A DNA stretch of 50,294 nt from Eremomyces bilateralis CBS 781.70 (lineage: Eukaryota): assembly GCA_010015585.1 (NCBI GenBank), contig ML975153.1. One strand, given 5' to 3'. Below are positions 11,503-23,872 of the stretch, in pieces. Position numbers and translations under genes: made by a program. How positions within the stretch are numbered: position 1 is the first letter of the stretch; every line of letters begins with the position of its first letter. The notes below the pieces were generated by a model. The model had not been told where the DNA came from and made no database searches. It saw only the letters and a list, made by a program, of their open reading frames with translations.

Positions 11503-13320
11503 TCAACCCCCCATCTCCTCATCCGCAGCCCTTCGAGCAGACCTGGTTCTAACGCCACCACTGCTCTTCTCTCCACCATCTATCTTAAACTCTACCTCAC
11601 TATCTCCCTCCCCACTCTCCTCATCCTCTATCTCCTCCGCCCCTCCATTCCCATCCTCCCCCATCTCCTCATCCTCGCTATCATACCGCATCGCACTCAT
11701 CATCTTCAAATTCACGCGCTGCACCCGCTGCAACGACCGCACCTGCTTCCGTAGCAGCTCGTTCTGCGCCTGCAGATCCAACTCCTTCGGCTTCTCCTCT
11801 CCCAGCGCCACGAACTCCTCCGCGGGCGCAATGCCGTTCGTCGCGCCCTGCGTCGCCACATGCGTCAGCCCGTCAGCCGACCATTCCGCCAGCTCGGCGA
11901 TGCCGTCGGCGAGGAGGTCGGAGGGGAACACAGTGCATGCGAGGAGGGTGCGGAAATCCGCCGTGGCGGTGGAGGCGGTGGCGGTCTGCAGCGTCGCCGG
12001 CTCGCGGAGGATCTGCGCACGGAACTCGTAGTTCAGCGGGATGCCACCGTTGCGGGCGAGGCGGGCGGGGTCTTCGTTGACGGCGCCGGTGAGGTCGGGG
12101 CGGGGTTTGACGATGGTGTGGGGCTTGAGGAGGGTGCCGGTGCCAGCGTGAGGGGGGGAGGGGCCGGGGATGCCGTGGATGGGAAGGAGGTGGAGGTTGG
12201 TGACGGGGCCGGGGAGGGTGGTGAGGGGGGTGGAGGAGCGGGTGGAAATGTCCCAGATGAGGATGGCGCCGGAGTCGTGGCCGGAGAGGAGTTTCGTGGA
12301 GTCCCAGGAGAGGAGGAGGGAGAGGGCGGGGCCGGGGGAGGGGTCGGGTGGTTTCCAGAGCGAAGATAGCGAGGGGGATAGGACGGTGGATGTAGACTCG
12401 ATACTTGAGGTATGAAGGGGGTTGATCGGATTTCGTAGGGTTTTCTCGGCTTTCGCGGGTTCTAGAGAGGTAATTGACGAGGTGGTATCCGCTGTGTAGA
12501 AGTCGACCAACTGAATGGATCCATCGTCATACGACGTGTAGAACCCTCGATCCACGACGTCTAGCTCAATCGCCTTGGGGACGGATGGCAGCAGATATGT
12601 CCGTAAGGCGTCGCCAGTGCGAAAGTCCCAGATCACGGCAGTCTTGTCCTCCGACGCAGATATTGCGATACACGACTCTGTCCGTGTATGACCAATTTTC
12701 AGAGCGGTGATCGCGCTCTGATGATTACTCAGGGTATGTAGAGGCGTATCGCGTTCCGATTGTGCGGACTGAGAGAACGAGAGAAGCAATGGTATACTCC
12801 AGACGTGAATATTCGAGTCGACGGAGCCGGACAGGAGGAAGTTGGAGCTCGGGTCCACTGCGAGGACGGATACTGCTTGGAGGTGACATTCGGGAACGGA
12901 GACCATGCGGCCAGTTAAAGTCTTTCTCGAGGTCAGTATATGTGCTAGATCATAGTATAGGGTTCATCATACCTCCCACAGCAGCAGACTCCCCGCCGCT
13001 GTCCCTAAGGCTAGCACCGTATCGTCGCAAATCAATTCCACGCAGGTGATCTTCTCCGGGAAAGGAACCGTGTTTTCATGATTCCCCCTCTCCCGACTAT
13101 AGACATGGATGACCGCTTTATCCGACTGCGCGGCGAATATGTGAGTCTCGCTCACTGCAAGGCAGTGCGCTGAGGTTGTGCTCTTTTTGAAGACCGCGCG
13201 TGGCGCCGCCACGGGTTGGAGCTCATGTTGGAAAATCCCAGCGTCCTTGGTGCCGGTGCTGGACGACTTGGGCGGTATCGCGGGCTTCCGTATGGACGCG
13301 ATGAACTTTTCGGTAAGCAT
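11503..13320 (-). CDS. IPI3: WD40 pre-rRNA processing protein of the Rix1 complex (Ipi3/Crb3); exons 13320-12973, 12921-11503
   Basis: N-terminus MLTEKFIAS..FKKS..HIFAAQSDKAVIHVYSRERGN, WD repeats (LLSGSVDSNIHVW, ISASEDKTAVIWD) and a C-terminal coiled coil. Intron GTATGA..CTGAC..AAG. Confidence 0.88.
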
Positions 13321-13390
13321 TGGGAATTATAGGTGATATACACGACAAATTCCGGTCCTCAAACAGCATGCGATCCAAAGCGAAATGTTT

Positions 13391-13413
13391 AAACTTTTCC
13401 AACCCGCCATCGC
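13391..13413 (-). promoter_or_regulatory. RRPE-like (AAACTTTT) and PAC-like (GCGATGG) motifs upstream of IPI3
   Basis: aaacttttccaacccgccatcgc lies 70-95 bp upstream of the IPI3 start, which fits a ribosome-biogenesis gene. Both are imperfect matches. Confidence 0.4.
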
Positions 13414-15199
13414 AAATGCGTCTGCAAACTTAAAAGTGGGGCGATTTGGGTTGACGATGCTTGGCGGATAACTCTATTTTGACCTTCGAATGTCGAACAT
13501 GAACGAACAACACATCATGAAGTTCAGATGGTTCGAAATCTGCGTGATGGACCTAGCCCTTTGCTAGATTAGGTTACATAATACAACGAAATATGAGTTG
13601 AATCCCTAACTAAAGAGAGAATGCTGCCGGTCTGGGATTCGTGACAGGCCGCAAGCCTCGTCTCTGCCATACCGGAATGGCTCCTACGACCTACATACAT
13701 GTATGACCCAGGATTGGTTATCTGTGGCAACCTGTCAATGGTGAACAATATTCAAGAGTTAGCAATCTCTCCGGGCAGAGTCTTACATTAGGTGCGTGTA
13801 TCGAGTCATTGACTCGTCAACCCTTTTCATTCACGCCATCAAATTCGAAGTCCTTCAAAGTCTAGTCAAACTCCTGAGTCCGCGGTAAAATCATCTTCAG
13901 TCCTAATTCCCGTACCTCTACTATTCACTCTTCATCTTACGACCATGAACTTCGTCGATAATCTGGAAATATTGAACCGCCTTCAATGTTCGCCCAGTAG
14001 CAAAATCGGCTGCACGACAAACCACTGGGACCATTGCAAGCAGCGTTGGCCTCGTGGAAATTGAACCAAAGTATGTCTAATCGCCCTTTTTTTAATGCCT
14101 GCGGCACCATGTACCCCAATCCCTCGGTACGGAAACGTCAGCTGCGATAATACTGTGCCTGAAGCATGATATCACTCTCATCATGTGTGAAAAACCAATG
14201 CCAAACTTTAGTGGCATCTTGGGTGGCTATTGCGTTAGCTGCACGAAGGGAGAAAAGACACCCCTATGCATGAAAGCATTTCGACAACGTATTTGTGGCT
14301 ATGCTTCTTCATTCACGTCTCGAACGTCCCGTCGGGAGGAATCCCGTGAAGGTCGAGGTTGGTGCGGGAAGGTTGAGATTGGTGCCGCGACTTGGTTGAA
14401 AACAAGTATTTCAACATCTGCGAAAGTGCCTGTGATAAATGCTCGATTCGGGAACATGGAAGTCATCTTACTTTTACTGATGTGTCGAGCTATGAATATT
14501 CTGCCTGTTACATCTTGGAGGAATTTACGGCGATATGCGCCAACCAGCGTTTTTGGCCATTGTTCCTTTATCGGCGCTGATTCCTCATAATCTCAGCCTT
14601 TCATACACTTCTGGCAATTTACCTAGATACCCATTGCTCATCATGTGCTAAGGCAGTATTCAAATCTTAAGATATTCGAGGTTCAATCACACCGAATGCT
14701 TTTGCGAATTCTAGTCAATTCGGTGACAGGATAGCTCTTTCCTGGAAAATTGGAGTTAACAACTCTTGTCTAGTTCAAGTCATTCATTTAAAATATTAAC
14801 AAGATTGTCATAAATTTTGTGCAGGCCCCCCATGGACCACAGCTGCTTCATATTTGTGGTTTCCTGTTTACCCTCTATTTCCTTCAGCATAATGCTACAC
14901 CGTCACATGCATAGATGTAGTCTGAGATTTGGTGGATCTTTCTTCAGAAACTATGTTGCTGAACTTTAACCACTGGTGTTGTCGCCAAAACTCACGGAAG
15001 TCGCTGGTCTGACATATACAGGAAGTCGTCAATCATATGGATACAGTACTTCACCAGAGGATAGAGGAGCCGAGTCACCACCTCTATACTAATTAACGAC
15101 GTCCCAGAAACAGCAATATTTTCAGATTCATACGCTTTACGCCTACCACATTTCACTCTTGCATGACTCCAAGTCCAGTATTTCCGAATAGTCAAAAAC

Positions 15200-16231
15200 A
15201 TGCATCCCAGTCGCATTGACATCATGAACTACACTGTTGGTTTCTGTTCCCTTCATTGCAGCCACCGTCTACCGAACACGGATTCAAGAAACGATATACC
15301 TGTCCAACTACAGGTATACCCAGATGTTACCCCTGAGAATACTCCAGAGTTTTGCACACGGTTATATAACCATTTCGCTTGCAAACACTTGAGACTTGCC
15401 GGCATCTACAAATGTGGGAGAGGATCCGGCGACCCGCAACACCGATGTATCGAGCCAATATGTGCCATCGGTGCCTGTCTGGAGGTGACTGTCTGCAGAG
15501 ACTGTCTACCTCCCCCTGGTTTAGTTGCTATCCCGAGATCGGATTCCTGCAATTTGCTCTCTTATTGCGCGAAAGAATCCCCGAGATTGAGTACATGCGT
15601 CCGTCCAATGAACCACCTTCTGAAGCCCTTCCAATCGAACAAGGGTGTATCATTCCGGCCTAGCCAATCTGGAGTCCCGCCCATGCCCTCAACTCTAACT
15701 ACCACTCCTCAGCCAACGACATGGCAATGGACCACATCCGAAACATATTGCGGATCCCCGGCATCAATTGAGTGGCAGTCAGCAACAGTACCCCTCTCGA
15801 ACGCTGTGAAGGGCAGCCACACTCCACCCAGCGAACACGAAAGGTCGATGACGCAGATGGACCAGATGCAGCGTCTACTCGACGAGGAATTAATACCGTA
15901 CGCAAGACAGGTGCAAGAAATCCAACCTGCACCGACTTCACCCCCTTCGACCGAACATTCGAATAGGGGTAGACGGAATGCGTCCTCACGTGCCCCGGCT
16001 CGTAGATCCCGTGGCAGAGCATCAGCCAGCCTTAAAATTTTCTCGAACGCTCAGGCTGCAACGCGGCCCCCTTCTTCAATCCTCTCCCCAAGTGCTTCTT
16101 GCAAGAGGCGGACTCGTATTTCGACTGGCAACGCGGCTATGCCTCAGGCTCCCGAACGACCCTCACGTACTCAACCATCCCGTATATCCAAATCGGGAGC
16201 GATTGTCAAGCTGTCTTCTAGCAGGAAATAG
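15200..16231 (+). CDS. Hypothetical protein with N-terminal Cys/His cluster and S/P/R-rich disordered tail
   Basis: 343-codon ORF containing CTRLYNHFACKH..C..C..CRDC. The true start and any intron are uncertain. Confidence 0.45.
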   Translation: MHPSRIDIMNYTVGFCSLHCSHRLPNTDSRNDIPVQLQVYPDVTPENTPEFCTRLYNHFACKHLRLAGIYKCGRGSGDPQHRCIEPICAIGACLEVTVCRDCLPPPGLVAIPRSDSCNLLSYCAKESPRLSTCVRPMNHLLKPFQSNKGVSFRPSQSGVPPMPSTLTTTPQPTTWQWTTSETYCGSPASIEWQSATVPLSNAVKGSHTPPSEHERSMTQMDQMQRLLDEELIPYARQVQEIQPAPTSPPSTEHSNRGRRNASSRAPARRSRGRASASLKIFSNAQAATRPPSSILSPSASCKRRTRISTGNAAMPQAPERPSRTQPSRISKSGAIVKLSSSRK

Positions 16232-16820
16232 GGTATTATGGTGGCTACGGGGGCTGTTTCTCAGCTTCATGGTTGTCTGATGTACCTGCTAGGGACTGTC
16301 AACCAGATGTTTTATCAGATACAGGTCGGCATACCGGCCCCCTTGATTCCTTCCAGCCCCCTCACTTTTAGTTCACTCTCAAAATCGAGTTGTCGTAGAG
16401 ATAGATTATCGCTTTGCTAGGCATCTCTATCATCCGGACAATAGAATCAATTTTATCACTATTAAATTCGTGAGCGAGGCTCGTTCGCTTTAAATTATCG
16501 ATTAAACATTTAAATATCGACTAATGGTGAACATAGTCGTCAGTGGCTTAGGCCATCAGACTCTGACTGTTTCTTTGTTCTATATTGAAGTGGAAGGTCA
16601 TTGAACTTGACCAGACCACAGCTGGGTCAATTAAATCGTTGGATCCAAGTCATCAACAAAGCAACTACTACACCTAAGTAGGTATATGTTATTTTAGCCT
16701 TTGTTTCCTAGCTAAACAAGTAAGAAGGCATGCCAATTCTACAACTCCTTGGTCACATTTACAGACACATCTATTACTCTCGCCGGAAATCATTAAAATC
16801 TACCATCTATTGGATTGGAT

Positions 16821-17135
16821 ATGAGTTCCTCCAAAATTCAGACCCAATCCATTAAGAAAACATCTGAGGCAAAGAAGAACAAGCCCAAATTGAAGAAATC
16901 TCGGGCCACTGGCCAATGCACACTTAACCATGGCCAAAGAGGTTGCGACTGCAAGATCTGCGATGCATGTGGTACGATAGTCGATAGAAGGTCCGGTTCG
17001 CACGAATGGTGCTCGAAATGTCGCGAGCGATATTCTGAATCATCAGCGAGCGATTCAGTTCAGGCAGCCTCTGGTGGTTCATCAAATGGCGGGAATCAAG
17101 AAAATGTGAATGCCAATGCATCAAGCGCAAAGTGA
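16821..17135 (+). CDS. Small hypothetical protein: basic N-terminus plus Cys/His-rich putative zinc-binding segment
   Basis: ATG at 16821; KKNKPKLKK followed by CTLNHGQRGCDCKICDAC..HEWCSKC. Confidence 0.35.
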   Translation: MSSSKIQTQSIKKTSEAKKNKPKLKKSRATGQCTLNHGQRGCDCKICDACGTIVDRRSGSHEWCSKCRERYSESSASDSVQAASGGSSNGGNQENVNANASSAK

Positions 17136-17795
17136 GCGCTCATTTTCAGCGCTTTAGACATGGTATCGGAGATCTCAGTCATCGGACTAGTGACCTAGAT
17201 CCTGCATGCATCTTTGGATCCTACCTCATATTTATGGGGGACACATTTTATCAGATACCGTAACTTCGTCTATCACCATTGGTGACTCTTCAGCGGTTAT
17301 CGGGTGACATCTGTCCATGTAATTTCTTTTTGTCAATGTTCGATGATTCCGACATCGCATTTAACTCTAGTCGTCCGCCCAATTGACATCTGAGTGGCTG
17401 CTATGACGCGCTTCAGTGCTAGAGCTTCCCGAGTTCTGTAGCCGCGCAAGGGAGGGAGTCAATGGAAGAAAATCATTAACTACAATCCAGCAATAGTATA
17501 GTGGCTGTGCTGTAGGACTTGGAGAGTCACATAGTATTAACAGTGCCCGTATGTTTTCTATACCTCACTAAATCCTGCGCTTCGAGCACCAGTGTAGGGT
17601 AAACTCCCGTAGATATCCGCCGTTATTTGTTAGGGTATGTATTGGAGTATCAAATCCGCTATCTGTTATTACCCTAACATAGAAGTTTAATAAGGTCTTT
17701 CTGAAAGATCATTCGGACATTCTATTAGTAGAATTATTGCCCAGGGCAAGGAATACAATACATACTAGCTATTCATATTTCATATTATAACAAGA

Positions 17796-18021
17796 TGTTA
17801 TGGTCCCAGGCCCGCAGCCTGTGCCCTGTGTGGCGAGAGGATTATCAGGAGGTAATTATGTGTTAATAGCTGTGTTAATGAAGTAGAGAAGAGGTCCACG
17901 CGAGAGAGGTTTATCTTTCGCAGAGCGGAGAAAGAGATTTCCTTTTCTTCCCTTCTTCTTTAGTTTAGCTTGGATGGAATCAGTATTTATAGACCTTACA
18001 GACTAAACCATAACTATTACA
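17796..18021. mobile_element. Solo LTR (226 bp) with 5-bp target-site duplication CAAGA
   Basis: Starts TGTTA at 17796 and ends TTACA at 18021. CAAGA flanks it directly on both sides (17791-17795 and 18022-18026). Non-coding and TpA-rich. Confidence 0.8.
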
Positions 18022-18190
18022 CAAGATGTATACTATATTCGGGGGCCCAGTGGCACTATTGAAGCCAATAATAATGGAAGTTTCTTATTAGTTTTGATGC
18101 TGATACAGTGGTAGAACAAAGGCAATTACCGGTATCCTGGACGTACAAAGACAAGATAGTTCTGCTGCTAAGATAACTTCTTGGATCTCT

Positions 18191-19844
18191 TTACAACTTA
18201 GATTTCGGACTCTCCGTCTTCAGCATCGCCTGAGCCACCATCCGCCGCTGAACCTTGCCAGTGGCAGTTTTTGGCATGATATCAGTAAAGAAGACCTGAA
18301 TAATGTAAGCATTCGCCTCCAGTCCATGACGGGAGATGCAATCAAACACATACCTTCTTTGGAAGCTTGAACTTGGCGACGCGATCCTTCATCCAAATCT
18401 TCAACTCATCCCCACCGAGCTGATGCCCGTCCTTCAGCACCACAGAAACGCCAACATCTTGCCCATACATCTCATCATCAATCGCGAAGCTGACTGCCTC
18501 TGCAACGGCAGGGTGCTGCGCAATGACGTTGTCCAACTCGATCGGGGAGATCTTCTCGCCTCCCTTGTTGATCAGCTCCTTGATCCTCCCGGTGATAAAA
18601 ACATAGCCGTCTTTATCCATCTTCCCTTGGTCGCCAGTTCGGAAGTAACCCTGCGAGGTAAAGGAGGATTTATTGGCGGCGTCGTTGTTGATGTATCCGG
18701 GAGTCACGTTCTCTCCACGAATGCTGATCTCGCCCTCTTTTTCACGCGCAAGCTCATTGCCACTCTCGTCGAGGATTGCAACCTCGACGCCTTGGCCGAT
18801 TCCCACGGAACCGGGGATGCGTTTGCCCGGTGGTAGCGGGTTGGAGGTCATTTGGTGAGCGGCTTCCGTCATGGCATATGCTTCAAGGACCGGCGCGTCG
18901 AACGTCTTTTCGAGCTCGTGGAAGACCTTCGGAGACAGAGGAGATGAACACGATCGAATGAAGCGGATGTTGGGCTTCGGGCTCGGAAGAGGACTTTTGA
19001 GCAGGATTTGATGGATTGTCGGGACCGCGGTATACCAGTTCGCTTTGTACGTGTTGAAGTCATGCCAAAACTCGGAAGCAGAGAATTTCGACGGCACGAC
19101 GACCGAGCCTCCTGAGGCAAGCGGCGCGAGAAATGCGGCTAGCAAGCCGTGAACATGGAATAAGGGCATGACAAGGAGGGTCCGGTCAGCCGGAGAAAGT
19201 TGATATGTGTTTTGGATGTTCTCTGTATCATAGCGTTAGACTTCGTCCTGATATTCCTCGGTGATATTCCTCATACTCATTGTTCGGGTTAGATTCCGAT
19301 GCGTCAAAGGCACTGCTTTTGGACGTCCCGTAGTACCGCTCGTATGCAGCACCAAGGCGACATCTTCCCTTCGAGCCTTTTCCAATTGAACACCCCCTTT
19401 CCCTTGCAGCTTTCCGGGCTCTTTAACATCCAGTACTACCTCGCTTCCGTTCCAGTAGCACTCAGCAATTGCGGCCTTGTACTTCCGAGCAGCCCTTACC
19501 GCCGCAGCATCTTCTCCGTATGCACCTTGTGGGACCAACGCCACCGCAGAGCTCAGATCGTCAATGTAGAACTCAAACTCAGACTGCGTGTAGGCAGGAT
19601 TGAGCGGTGCGGCAATTGCTCGCTGCCATGACGCTGCAAGGAACGCAACGATGAATGCATAGGAATTCGGAAGGGCGATAGACACAGCGCTGGACGGAGC
19701 AATTCCAAGGGCAGCCAATTTCCGTTGGAAGGATATGATTTCAGCACATAATTGCTCGTAAGAGACGGACAAAGCTGGATTGCCAGGCACAATGACCGCA
19801 ATCGCGTTCGACTGGGCATTTAATGAGTCAAAGAGTGTAGTCAT
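18191..19844 (-). CDS. PCS60: Peroxisomal acyl-CoA synthetase / oxalate-CoA ligase; exons 19844-19277, 19222-18354, 18295-18191
   Basis: AMP-binding motif LHTSGTTGRPKAV, MPLFHVHGL, EAYAMTE, FRTGDQG, ELINKGGEKISP and PKTATGKVQR. The spliced C-terminus ends ..PKSKL (PTS1). Confidence 0.93.
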
Positions 19845-20363
19845 CGTGATGGGGCTGCGGAGATAGGGTCCCTGCTCGGATGGAAGAAACAAAGCGATTG
19901 GACTCAAGGTATGAACAACGAAAAGAAGGAAATGGAAATAGCTTCTGGTTAATGGAAATATGGTATCTTGTGAGCACTTCGCGCAATTGTTAGATGGTAA
20001 ATCGTAAACAACGTGGAGAGGTGGAGAGATCGGATGTCGATCTTTACACGCTTACGAGTTACGACAGGCAGCAAATGACGCCATGGGTAGGTTACCAGGA
20101 GCATGGAAGCTTCGACAAGGAATACTACTACGCCAGGTGCTCGGAATTTTCGCAAATACATGATTGAAGTGTGTCAGAACATATTCCGTTAAAATTCAAT
20201 TCATATTAATTCTCATGACCGGGACAACTGGAGTCGTCAGGATGGAGAGAAGATGGATTCATAAGATTGCGCACGTGGTCTGGCCGATTCCGGAGGACGA
20301 TTCGAACAATTCGGGAAATTTTGCGCGGTGATGGTCCGTGCACAATAATCGAGTTCAAAGATG

Positions 20364-20418
20364 GAGTCATGCTGGTCGGAATCTGATGATCAATGGTCGC
20401 GACAGAATCAATTGAGTC
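20364..20418. promoter_or_regulatory. Gcn4/CpcA-like elements (GAGTCA 20364-20369, TGAGTC 20413-20418) upstream of ARO2
   Basis: Motif matches 40-90 bp upstream of an aromatic amino acid biosynthesis gene. Confidence 0.35.
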
Positions 20419-20456
20419 TGCTAGAGTCCGTATAGTTTCCGGAAACCCTTTTAAAG

Positions 20457-21877
20457 ATGTCGACATTCGGAAACCACTTCCGGGTCACCACGTATGTGGC
20501 TTTTGATATACTCTAGACCTGCACTGACAATGATACAGCTATGGCGAGTCACACTGCCTGTCGGTCGGCTGCATCGTCGATGGCTGCCCACCGGGGATGG
20601 AGCTCACTGAAGACGATATACAACCCCAGATGACCCGTAGACGGCCCGGCCAAAGCAAGATCACCACCCCGCGAGACGAGAAAGACCGGGTGCAGATTCA
20701 GTCCGGGACGGAGCTTGGGATCACCTTGGGGACGCCGATTGGCCTCCGTGTCATGAATGAGAATCAGAGACCGAAAGACTATGGAAATAGCACGATGGAC
20801 AAGTATCCTAGGCCGAGCCACGCGGATTGGACCTATTTGGAGAAGTATGGCGTCAAGGCAAGCAGTGGTGGTGGCCGAAGTAGCGCGAGAGAGACCATTG
20901 GTATGGCAACTTTACATTTATTGATATTGTCTCGCTAATGATATGTAGGTCGTGTTGCAGCAGGCGCAATTGCAGAGAAATATCTCCGCTTAGCCTATGG
21001 AGTTGAAATCGTCGCCTTCGTCTCCTCCATCGGGTCCGAATTCCTTTGCCCACCTACCTCCAAGCACCCTTCAAATACCACAAACCCAGAATACCTCCAG
21101 CTCCTCGACTCGATCAACCGCGAAACTGTTGACTCATTCTTGCCCGTGCGATGTCCAAATACAGATGCTGCTAAACGAATGGAAGCTCTGGTATCCGAAT
21201 TCAGGGACCGTGAGGATAGCATCGGCGGTACAGTCACCTGCGTGATTCGCAACGCTCCCAGCGGTCTCGGGGAGCCATGCTTTGACAAGCTGGAGGCATC
21301 TTTGGCCCACGCCATGTTATCCATCCCCGCGACCAAAGGATTCGAGATCGGCTCTGGCTTCGCCGGCACACGCATCCCAGGATCCATCCATAACGATCCC
21401 TTTGTACGCAACCGGGCGGACGACACCCTTCCCCTGCCTGTGCAAGAACCGCTCGTCGAAACCCCGCTGTCCCAATCCTCGACTCCCGGTCGAACTGCCC
21501 GCCCGAAATTGACCACGAAAACCAACAATTCCGGCGGGATCCAGGGCGGGATCAGCAACGGCGCGCCGATCTACTTCTCCGTGGCGTTCAAACCGCCGGC
21601 GACGATCGGGCAAGCGCAGCAGACGGCTTCGTACGGGCTGGAAGAGGGGATTTTGGAAGCGAAGGGGAGGCACGACCCGTGCGTGGTGCCGCGAGCGGTC
21701 CCGATTGTTGAAACGATGGCGGCGCTGGTGATTATGGATGCGGTGATGGCGCAGTTAGGGCGCGGGGCTGCTAGGGATTTGCTCCCGGAGATTAAAGGCC
21801 GAGAAGTCTTGAGGGGTTTGCCGATGCCAACGGAAAGTGAAAAGAATGCATCAGTCGCTAATGGTGCCGTGGCTTGA
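20457..21877 (+). CDS. ARO2: Chorismate synthase; exons 20457-20491, 20539-20900, 20949-21877
   Basis: [60 protein letters not shown] and [17 protein letters not shown]. Confidence 0.97.
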
Positions 21878-23872
21878 TCGATTCATGGGCTTGCTCGTTC
21901 AGATATATATGCTTTCGGCATGGCCGGACACACATGCAGCCAACCTCTTCTTTCGCATTATCGGTGACTTGTCCGGTGCTACACTAAACTATACCGCTAT
22001 TGATGGGACAGGGGATACGGGACCATACCCATGGATTGCGACAGGATTCGAAGTGGCTGATGTTCATGTGGTGTATTGTGTCTTCGCGGTGACGGAATTC
22101 GACGTGCAGGCGGGCCACAGGACACCACAACGTGCCGCAGAAGCAAGTACTCTCGTCAAGGTGAATGTCGCGAACCTGTTCTAGAAACATAGCGGTCGGT
22201 CATGCACTAGTGATCGCATCGGACACTGCATGCGCTTTCTCCTTTCGGGGAAAATCGCTTCAAAGGTCAAACTTCATCGCCCAATGATCTTTATCCGCTT
22301 CACGTATGCAGCTGTAAATGGAACCTTCCCGCGGCTGCAGGGCGTTGGCTGAGGGCACTAACACTTGCCAACCATTTACCAGTATCAGCCCGCCAAGCAT
22401 GCATCCAGCAATTCGTATTGGAATGCTTTAATCTAAGTATATATCTGTAGCGATGTGAACCGCGAACACCCTCAGCGCCGATACTGCCGCGTTTAGGCGT
22501 CGAAGGATTTTTATGAAGGGGGTACGGTGGGTGGTCAGTCAGCCCGCGCCGAGTCGGATATGCAAGAATGGAACCACAACGGCGTGATATCCACGAGGTC
22601 GGTCTAGCGTTTTTCTCGATTTCGCGTAGCCCTGGAGCGATGCAGAACGGTCTTGCAGAACCGCTCCGCGGGACTCGCTGTCCCGAACGTCCCAACACGC
22701 AACATGCGATCCCCGGTCCGCGACCACTCAGAACGACGGCCCACGCGTCCAGGATGAGCGCTAAGGGAATTAGCCCGAAGGTTGGGGCTTCTCCGGGGTT
22801 GAGATCTCGGAGGCTTATCCGGTTCAATTGATCATTGCTGATCTTGCGAGGACAAAGGTCAAATATCGTCCTGGTGTTGCACCACGGTTGCCATACTGCG
22901 AGTGCGACTTGAAAAGCTGGAGTACAGAGTGGACTGGCGGTCTGACCCAATATTATAGTTTCACAAGCGGTCCTTGATTCCCTCCAGCCTCCAGAAGCGG
23001 TCTTCATTTCAGTTCAGGCGTGGCTCCTTCGTGGCTTGAAACCCTTGCACGGCCTTGCTCCTCCACATCCGCGGACAATCCATTCCGGCGATTCCAGTGG
23101 TGTGAATCGTGCATGGAAGAATGGCCATGGATTATTGGATCGCACATGGCTCCGCGGGCGGGTTCAATTTCCTCTCGTCGCTTTTCGGTCTAGACCCCCG
23201 ACCCCAGAAGTCTAGACCGTCACCGATCCCACGACGAGGAACTTTCCCTCCATCCGATCGATGTCGAATCGTGTTCTTTCCCGACATCACTCCACTTAGA
23301 ATGGTTAGTCGTCATGTCGAGGTACAGGGCTTTCTGACCGGTGTTATCCATGGTTGATCCGCAGCACATGGATATCTCACTCCCCATACGATACCCCATG
23401 GCGCTCAAGCTACTTTAGCCCAATTTGCTCCCTGGGTCGCGCGTGCATCGGGATTCCCACCGCAGGAATCTGGATGCTTCGGAAGCGCAAGAGCGAATCT
23501 GGCTAGGCCCTCGATTCCTCTGCTGAACGGGAACGACAAAGGCATCGGACAAGACGCAGTTGGGCGGAGACGGCGATGTGTTCCATTCACTAGTGCTCAT
23601 CACTTCAGAGGCTGACATGGCATGACGCATTCTCAACTTTCCCATGACTTTTCACCATCCCTTCTTTTTCTGCAAATTTATACCATTAATCAGTATTCGT
23701 TGATATCGACCGACTTTCTCTCTACTCCTACGCTCCATCGGACCTGTTGCCGATGAATGATCCCACGCCTGCGGTGTGATCGACACTCCGGACCCTTTAT
23801 TGTCCTATTGCTGGATCGATGATGAGCCGGTCCAGTTAACTGGACCGGCAGTTGTTTACTTGTATTTTGACC

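Noticed and set aside
14183..14590. Overlapping short Cys-containing ORFs
   Set aside because: No recognisable family, splice structure or codon bias.
22300..23645. Several 60-235 aa ORFs between ARO2 and the Zn2Cys6 gene
   Set aside because: No motifs and random-looking composition; more likely promoter or UTR.
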